The notes beneath the pieces were generated by a model that saw only the letters and a program-made list of their open reading frames with translations, had not been told where the DNA came from and did no database searches. Of a DNA stretch of 64,000 nucleotides, positions 56,431-64,000 are shown one piece after another (within the stretch, counting starts at the first letter, position 1; each line of letters opens with the position of its first letter). Source of the stretch: Vicugna vicugna (Eukaryota); assembly GCA_013265495.1 (NCBI GenBank), contig MU058384.1, positions 5,390,792 to 5,454,791 of the forward strand, in the 5' to 3' direction. The position numbers and the translations under genes are program-made.

Positions 56431-59265
56431 AATCTCCCAGCAGAGGAGATACTTGGATAAATATTGGCAAATTACCCTCTAAAAATTTTTCATCAATTCA
56501 CATTCCCATCAATATAACTTAAATATACTTATTTTTTAATATCTTGGCATCTACACTTGCTAGTATTTGACCTTGAGACTGAGAGACAAACCCTAAGAGA
56601 GTAGATAATGGAGAAAATCTTAAAAATAACATATCAAAATGCAAATACATTTTTGTCATGCATTCACATATCTTATTAAATTTTATCATCGTGCTGGCAG
56701 TTGTCTATTTCGATTTCCAAAAGGACTCATTGGTTTGACCTAAAGAGGGAGAAAGTGGAGTGAGGTGGGTTATATTATAAGTTAAGAATTCCTCTAGTCA
56801 TGCTCCTTCTTAATAGGTAATAGGCAAGTAATTGGCAAGGACACTGATTTTGATAGGTTTGAAAGTATCCAGACTTCCATATGAAAATGTGTCCAAATTT
56901 TCCATAAGTTAGGAATCAAAGTTGAAATTTCTGACCTTCCAGGAGGGAGCATAGGTCAGCTATTGAGTGTATGCAGCTGATTTCTACACAGGAAGTAACC
57001 CTCGATAGTTTCAAACCCTACCTCTTCTTTCTCTTTTAAAGCAGAAATATCCCGCACTAGAATTTCTCTCAGTTTCCTCGATTGTTGCCAGGAAAATAAC
57101 GAGGGCTTTTTCCTGATCTATCCTTCTACGTAGAGATGATGAAGCAGCAGTGAGTACATTTTCTCTTTTCCCGCATGAATGTTATTTTTCCATAAATGCT
57201 TTTTTTTCCCCTGTAAATGGAAAATACACTTCAAAATCCAGTAAATGCTTTTTTTCAGTCAGCTAATAACAAAATTCTAGCAATCCAGTGACTTTTTCTG
57301 TTGAACACAATCTTTCAACCATTATTTTACCTCATGGAAAATTTTATCCTGAAAATAGGTCATCTTTGGTGTAAGGGACAATGGATGAAAAGAAAGTTCT
57401 GATACGTATTTCAGGGTCAAAATGAAAAAAAAAAAAGAGTCAAATAATTTGGACTAACCAAGCTGTCTTAACTCAAGCTTAATTTACTCCAAAAATGAAA
57501 GAAGTGAAGACTGTTTTAAAAGGGCTACTTAGTTATTGTCAAGAACCATAGTGTCATTTTTCATTCACTTTAGTATAAGTGTCTGCAAATGGTAAATTCA
57601 TTTTATATTCTAAGGAATGTGATAAGGCTCTCCATCCTTATAAACAATCAGTTACAAAAAGGAAATACAATATGAAGCAAAGCCAAAGTTCCTATTGCAG
57701 CTTTCTTTTGTTAAGCTCTTTTCAGCCACAATTAAATGTGACTTTACTAAATGTTATCATTTAATGTCATGGAGAAAAGTCACACTCGATGTTGCAGTTG
57801 GGACAAACTGAAAAAGTTATTTCCACATATGGTAATCGTGCTATAAATAGTGCTGAAAATGAAAAAAATGAAAAATTTTTTACATAATGCAGCTTCAACC
57901 CCCTCTAACCATAGACGTATATCTATTTTGTAGTTTAATCCATCTCCCAACAAAAATGAAAACTTTCATCGGGATACTGATCCAATTCTTTCAGACATTC
58001 ACTACCTTTTACTAAAAACAACTTCAGGACCTAAGGATTTGAAGTAAATATGAATTATGTCTTTTTTTTTAAAGAGATCATGTTGTTAATAAAAGTAAAA
58101 TTGCCAAAATGAAAGCTTACTGTATGAACATAAGATCTTTCACTCCCAGATCCCTCTGCTTCTGTCTCAACAGAGTTTCTGAGTGGGAGGATGTACTGAA
58201 ACCGCCCACTTTACAGCTCACTTTCTAAGCCAGCAGCCTAGAATTAGAGGGGTTTTATCCATGCACAGATAGGCACCAATAGTTAAAATATCTTCTACAT
58301 TCAGTCATCAGGAATTGCCCTTGTTCTGTTCTCTTTCCTCAAGTCAAAAAAAAACCAAAACAAAACAACAGTTTATCAAAAGATTCTCAGGCTACTAAAT
58401 GTTATGCTTCAATATTTGTTTATCTCATCAAAATTGTGGCACCTATAATTTGTGTCTTTTCTTTTTTTCTTGATCTAGATACAAAATATCATTACAGAAA
58501 AAGCTCTCAATTCTCAAAACTTAAAAACTTTTATCATGTGAGAAACAATACCAGGAATGTTAGTGCCATTTAGATGCTATAGTCCAACTGAATAAACACT
58601 AACCCTAAGCTTTTGACAAGTCTTACTGATGAGATTAGTTGAGTGCATGATGATTTGGGGGCTAAAACTTAGTTTATGAATTTACAGACTGAAGATTAAC
58701 TACTTTCAGTAAGTGGTATGTCAACTCTTTATCTGTGGATTAGATCTGAGGTTCATTTTATTCTGAGAAGATGAGGAACAAAGGTAGGAAATGAGAAAGA
58801 ATGGAGAAAGTGACATAGGAAACACAGCTGACTTTTTACTTTTGGGAAACTGGCTATTTCTTATTGGCGATCTACTCTCAGATGCAACAGTACGGAAGTA
58901 CTTGCAGTAACAACCAACCCACATGCCAGTAAAAATTATACTAGTGCCATCTTGTGCACATGTGTAGTAGGCTGCCAACTCTTTTGGAGACCCATTACCT
59001 CCTCTCTTTTTTCATGATCAATCTGATGACATTTCTCCTCCTCCAAAAATATGCTATTGATCAGAACCAATGGTTTATTTTCTTTGCCCTATGTTTACTG
59101 ATTTAGCCTTTTTTAGCACTGGTAGTAGCAAACTACAACAATTTGGACCCAAAGAAGTCTATAAATTCTATACAGTTCAGTAATCTGTTTGTTGAAAGTA
59201 TATTAGTCTTAGCCTATCAGACACTACCAAATACAGCATCTTCTGGTGCAGTGAAGTAGGATTCA

Positions 59266-59509
59266 ATGTAGAATAATGAGTAAGATCTCAAGTTTCAGTA
59301 TAAGAAAGCATGGGGCCATGTCCAATCTCCATCACTTTACAGATGAGTGTCTAGCAAAGTACATTTATTCACTGAGTACTTGTTTTCTCATTGGCAAGTA
59401 TGATAATCAAACTTGCTTCATGGGTTTTGAGTCAATACTAAATGAGCTCACGCCTGAATGGTGCTTAGCACAGAGCATGGGATATAATAGACATGCAACA
59501 AATGTTACC
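59266..59509 (+). mobile_element. MIR SINE inserted in the EBLL
   Basis: MIR core and tail similarity (CTGAGTACTTGTTTTCTCATTGGCAAG...TAAATGAGCTC...GTGCTTAGCACAGAGCATGG...AAATGTTACC). Flanked by the degenerate direct repeat TGCAGTGAAGTAGGATTCA / TGCAAAGCAGGTTCA. Confidence 0.75.
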
Positions 59510-61368
59510 ATGCAAAGCAGGTTCAGCAAATGATGTTATAAATCTACTCTAACTAGAAAGAAATTGAATACAGTATCCATACCTTGCTTAAAGCAATTCC
59601 TTGGAAATGTGTGAGAAGTTTAAGGTCAATAGATATGGATCTTAGAACTCAGGTGCTGAGTGTGTAGCTTTCTGGATTCAAGCCACAACTTGGCACAGAA
59701 CAGCGGCCAACTCTGATTCTGTCAGTACAGCCTAAATGTAATCCATTAGGCCTAAGGTGTCAGGTAAATTTGTGGTATTCTTAACATCAGTCATTATTAG
59801 TTAATTTAAATATTAAAGCAAGATTGCATCCCATGGAGCATTTCCTGCCACTCAAGTAAGGCCCAAAGGCTTTCATCAAACAAGGTTCAAAAACAGATGA
59901 TCCGTTTTGTGAAACTGTTCCTTACAGGCTGGCTTAACAAAATAGACCTTTCAGAAACGTCCCTTCTAGAATCACTGAGACTTGGGCTTTTGGCCATACA
60001 TCATGACTAAGCGGGGGATGGTGGGGGGTAGTGGGGAAAGGTAAAGAATCAGTGATCACTTTCTACCTAATTACTCTTTGTCAATTTTGAGTGAACTCAC
60101 ATTTCTATAGTAAGATATGACTTGGAATTTAAAGATATGTGCTGAGTGCTGTAAGTATTCTTCAAAACATTGGGCTCAGTGCTCCAGTATTTTCTTTGTG
60201 AACTGCTATAGTTTTGTGATGCAGTCATGTAGAGTCAAAGTAGATTAGTCATTTTTTCATAGCAAAAGTTCATTCACTTGTTATCCTTTGTTTATGGCAA
60301 CCCAACAATGCTTTGACCCAATCTTTGACATTTATTCCTGCAGGACAGCCGATGACATTACAAGAAATTAAACACTAAGTTGTCAATTGACTCTTTGTTA
60401 ATAAATCTGGTGGAAATTTTCATAGGAAAGTGACAGTTAAAAACAACTATTTAGAATAAAGTTTGTGAATCATGCATGGCTTTTAATAATCTAGTCTTTC
60501 CTTTTTATCTTTTACCACTGATTATCAAGATTTGGCTATAAATAACTCTCCAGATGCAGAGGCTAAAACAACCAACCAACATTCTCTGCAGTGTTTTATG
60601 AGTCCCTGGATGAGTTCCTTTCCATTTTTCTCCAGTAAGGAAATGTGTCCCGCATGCCTTATGCTGGGTACTTCAATATTAACTCTTTCTTCAGGATATT
60701 CTAGTTTACCATCTATGAAGTTATAGATGCTAGTTGACAGATACAGAAAAAAGCCATATAAGATATTGATGTCATCATCAAGAAATTTCTTTACAGTGAG
60801 CCACATTCCAAGGCAATGTTCTTCAAAATGGTGCTGTTGCAACTCAAAGGAGGCAAAAGAAGCAATCTTTATATCCCTCTATGATCTCCTAGTCCTGCAG
60901 TGCTCTAGAGTCATAGCTCATATTGAAGAAGCCAAGGCTGACATTTAGCCTATTTCCTCCTGTACCGTTCCTTCCATCTTGGTTCCTGGTTGACAAGGGA
61001 GCCCTATGGGCTTGGACTTCCCTTGCCCAAAATGAAAAAGACAATGGACCAGCTACATGGGACACTGTTGTAGGATCTTGAGTGAGTATGGTTAAAATTG
61101 GTAATAGTCATTAAGAAGTTAGAGCAAATCATTTCAATCTTCATCTCTAATTTAATAAAAACTGACAGGCAGCTTAATTTCTCCATGTGTGTTTCCCTGT
61201 AATTGGTTAGTCTTACTACCTAGTTTCTGTGAGGCTGGGTTATAAATCTGAGGCGACTTTGCTGATTCCAAAAGATTTTTCTGAAATAGCTCTGCAATCA
61301 AAATAAGCAATGCTTAGTGGGAAGAAACAGTTTCCTTAGCCAATAGTTAAGAAAGTGTCCATTGCTCC

Positions 61369-62335
61369 CACAGCTGGCTTTAAGGGCACACAGATTGTGC
61401 AGTCACACAAATGCTCCAGAAAGACTGGGGCTTGGTTAAATGCTCTGCTGGTGCCATTTTCAGAATCTTAACTTTATTGCCATTTTCAGATTCTTAACTT
61501 TATTGTTGAACTCATGTATTTTAAGTGAAATCATACAGAACAATGGAACACGTGCATGAGCAGAGAAGATACGTACAATCATACACGTACAATCATAGCA
61601 TGATTGCTATGATTCCTTTTTGCCACATTCTCCTAGAGGATCCATGATGACCCCTGCAATTCACTGGGACTCAAAGTAGACATAAAGCAAGTGTGTTAGG
61701 TCTCTGGTTGAGTAATAGGAGAGATGCAGTCTGACAACACTGAGAGGTCATGCTTTCCTTTTGAATGAGACTTTGCTTCAAATGTAGATAGAAGATGATG
61801 GAGTTCAAAGAAACATGAGCAACCAAGGAACTGCATCATATTGTTTCTTACTCATGTTTATTCCCCTGTTTTAGCTGATCACATGTGCTAGAAATACTGA
61901 CATAAAGAAAAGAGAAAAATAGTGATCCATTGTAACCTTTCCTTTTAGAGCTTCCTTACGTATCTATAAGTTGAAAGTAGAGAGTGTTAATAGAATGTAC
62001 GGGTAATGACAAGTAAAATAAAAACAAATGCAAATTATGTAATTTTGATGATTCTAAATATGAATTAAGTGCTTTTATGTTTGTGTTTAAGACTGGCATG
62101 CACAATAAAAAGATGAATGGTAAAATTCATGGTAAGAATTTAAAATTTTATTTTTTCTTTATTTATAATGGCATTAAATAGCAAATTTAATAGCAAGTCA
62201 AGAAAAAGACTGTGGAAGAAAGGAAAAAATCTTTATAGCTAATACCTCTGATAGTACATTGTTTTCTGCATTTTGAATAAGAGGTTCTGCATTTGTATCT
62301 TGTCCTGGGTCCTGCAAATTATTTAGCTGGCTCTG
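61369..62335 (+). mobile_element. hAT-Tip100 non-autonomous DNA transposon, MER45B-like
   Basis: Both ends resemble MER45 termini (CACAGCTGGCTTTAAGGGCACACAGATTGTGCAGTCACAC ... CTGGGTCCTGCAAATTATTTAGCTGGCTCTG). Length is about 970 bp. The 8-bp flanks ATTGCTCC (61361-61368) and CTTGCTCT (62336-62343) match at 6/8 positions, the size expected for a hAT TSD. Confidence 0.8.
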
Positions 62336-62649
62336 CTTGCTCTAGAGCTGTCTGCTTCTTAAATTTGCTAAGTCATTAAGAGATGGGTTTGGGAAGAATG
62401 GAAGGGAAGATGAGGCACTGAGGAACTCCTCAAGCCCCTTCCCTTTTAAGGGCCTGTGGACTCTGGGCCTGGCATGCAGGCCTTATTCCAAAATTATTTT
62501 AATAATAGAAGTCTCAATATTCTTCCTTGTCTCTGATTCTCTAAATACCCAGGAATTTAAGACATCTTTGCTTTTGTTACTTCCCATGAAGCAAGTTCAA
62601 GAGCTTGTATTCAATATTCTACCTTCAAAACCATTTCCTTTTCATTCCA

Positions 62650-63040
62650 TTTTTAATCCCATAATTTGAGGTCACTAAAAATATGTTACATATATCCTGC
62701 AGAGATTGATCCTCTCTCTTTCCCTTTTTTCTTATGTTCTGCTTTCTTTCTCGTTTATTCTTAGGTGCATAGAATTGCAGTCAGGACCCAGGCCTTTGTA
62801 AATGTCCTGTTGGTTTCTAAGAAAGAAAGAAAGAAAAAAAAGAGTCACATCACTAACGCTCTTTAAAGTTCTCCTTAGAGGCCATAGCCAACTGATCACA
62901 ATGTCAATAATGTTTTACCCCTGCCTTTAATTCTAGTTGTCTCTTTCATCACCTTAAAATAAACCCTTTTATCTTAGCATAACCTAAGTCTTGTATTTTC
63001 AGTTTGTTGGATCCCTAATCTCACACCATCTAATTCATGG
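62650..63040 (-). pseudogene. EBLM: Endogenous bornavirus-like matrix (M) element, decayed
   Basis: Collinear blocks versus BoDV-1 M (recalled): VYFKVMKETTRIKGRGKTL/IPFLSVKEPLQLP-REKKL (62964-62908); VSDVTLFFLS/IDDFLLLTLN (about 62857); IYKGLGPDCNSMHLRINEKESR/VYKD--PIRKYMFLRLNKDQSK (62803-62738); ISAGYM*HIFSDLKLWD/INAAF--NVFS-YRLRN (62706-62656). The span of about 390 nt fits a protein of about 140 aa. Confidence 0.75.
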
Positions 63041-63099
63041 AGTTTTAGTATCAGCAAGTGCTAAAACCTAAATCCTCTTCTGATTTTATCTGCACCCCA

Positions 63100-63580
63100 A
63101 CAGAAGCTTTAAAACCTCAGAACAGTCTTCATGCCTGGCCCAGATGTATCCTGCCTCCTGTCTGACTTAATGTCAACATTTCAGAAATACCAAGTTATTT
63201 GTGGTTTTTCATATGTGCCTTATGTTTCAGGTCCCCTTGCTTTTCTCATATTAGTCCTTCCATTTAGAATCTCCTTCCCTATCTTCTTCACCTAGATAAT
63301 TACTTTTCAAGCTTTAAGTATAATCTTAGGCATTACTTTCTTTAGAAGACTTCTCTGTTTCTTCATAAAGTGAATTAGAGCCTTCATTAGAGCCCATGCC
63401 AACATGGGTATCACTCCACTCAGCACATATCATATCATAACAAAATCATCTATTTATATGATTGCTTTCAGACCACACTGTAATGTCACTGAGGGCAGAA
63501 ATGCATCTTTTTATTTGCTGCAAGTTATATAGTCCTGGGCGCACATCAGGTATTTGGCACATACTTTTTGCCTGAATTAA
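63100..63580 (+). mobile_element. LINE-2 3' remnant flanking the viral element
   Basis: CACACTGTAATGTCACTGAGGGCAGAAATGCATCTTTT...GGCACATACTTTTTGCCTGAAT. Confidence 0.6.
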
Positions 63581-63589
63581 AATAAACTC

Positions 63590-64000
63590 ACAAATCACTA
63601 TGTTGTGTATCAGGAACTAACATAGTGTTGTTAGTTACTATATTTCAAAAAGTGTATTTCAGCTATATTTCAAAAACAAACAAATTCATAGAAAAAGATC
63701 AGATTTGTGGTTACCATAGGCAGGGGGGAGGGGGAATTGGATGAAGGCAGTCAAAAGGTAAAAACTTCCGGTTATAAGGTAAATAAGTACTTGGGATGTA
63801 ATGCACAACATGATAAATATGATTAACACTGCTGTGTGTTGTATATGAAAATTGTTCACAGTAAATCCTAACAGTTCTCATCAAAAGGAAAAAAAATATT
63901 TTTCTATTTCTTTAATTTTGTGTCTACATGAGATGATGGATGTTCACTAAACGTATTATGGTTATCATTTCTTGATGTAGGTAAATGAAATAATTGTGCT
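63590..64000 (+). mobile_element. LINE-1 3'UTR fragments
   Basis: CAGATTTGTGGTTACCATAGG...GGATGAAGGCAGTCAAAAGG...TAAATCCTAACAGTTCTCATC. Confidence 0.8.

Larger units (their letters stand above)
58420..62565 (-). pseudogene. EBLL: Endogenous bornavirus-like L (RNA-dependent RNA polymerase) element; many stops, frameshifts and internal deletions; interrupted by MER45B-like and MIR insertions
   Basis: Collinear minus-strand blocks versus BoDV-1 L (recalled; by-eye alignment): MS..RESET/MS..REEET (62565-62528); PLKG/PLLG (62452); FLSASSSLP/FCLKSSSLP (62425-62399); KLSCLSV-FIK..FLMT/RLGNMSLQFIQ..CLMT (61180-61106); EHCLGMWLTVKKFLDDD/ELCPQLDSLLKKLLQLD (from 60821); IDG..[84 protein letters not shown] (60300-60229); LW..FNI (59868-59809); AVLTESELAAVLCQVVA*I/AIMQDESLLTTLCLVGPSI (59731-59675); NPTSLH/DPTSLN (59263-59246); YFQQ.ITEL/FFQQPLTEM (about 59200); MNLRSNPQIK/LYLGSNTAVK (58756-58727); GIVSHMI/GTLTHRL (58552-58532). 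The 3' boundary is approximate. Confidence 0.88.

Noticed and set aside
58721..58978. Glycoprotein-like reading of the 85-aa ORF
   Set aside because: It lacks the YWGFFG-type motif and the cysteine spacing; LAA...LRSNP fits the L capping domain instead.
60060..60977. Reading as a bornavirus nucleoprotein (EBLN) starting at ATG 60977
   Set aside because: Weak by-eye N-like matches exist, but the same sequence aligns far better and collinearly with L CR I to motif A, continuous with both flanks. This shows the false-positive risk of manual alignment.
61004..61362. M-like reading of ORF 61004-61186 (LSCLSVF versus LNSLSVY)
   Set aside because: Better explained as the L N-terminus (FIK...FLMT), and a stronger M match lies at 62650-63040.
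62500..62720. Phosphoprotein-like similarity (LKVE versus LQVE)
   Set aside because: It overlaps the stronger M C-terminal and L N-terminal matches; likely coincidence.
1..64000. CRISPR arrays, rRNA genes or prokaryotic-type systems
   Set aside because: The window is mammalian genomic DNA; no regularly spaced repeat-spacer array or rRNA similarity was seen.

Overview
AT-rich mammalian non-coding DNA, probably camelid (inferred from two Vic-1-like tRNA-derived SINEs). It is full of eutherian interspersed repeats (L1, L2, MIR, MLT1/MLT2/MER21 LTRs, hAT and Tigger DNA transposons) and has one 455-nt assembly gap. I recognise no host protein-coding exon. The main result is a heavily decayed endogenous bornavirus-like element on the minus strand at about 58420-63040. 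It consists of a nearly full-length matrix (M)-like gene followed directly by roughly the N-terminal 60% of an L polymerase-like gene, with no G gene between them. A MER45B-like DNA transposon and a MIR SINE inserted into the L reading frame, each with a visible target-site duplication, which implies a very old integration. The viral alignments were made by eye against BoDV-1 proteins recalled from memory and need confirmation by tBLASTn or HMM search.
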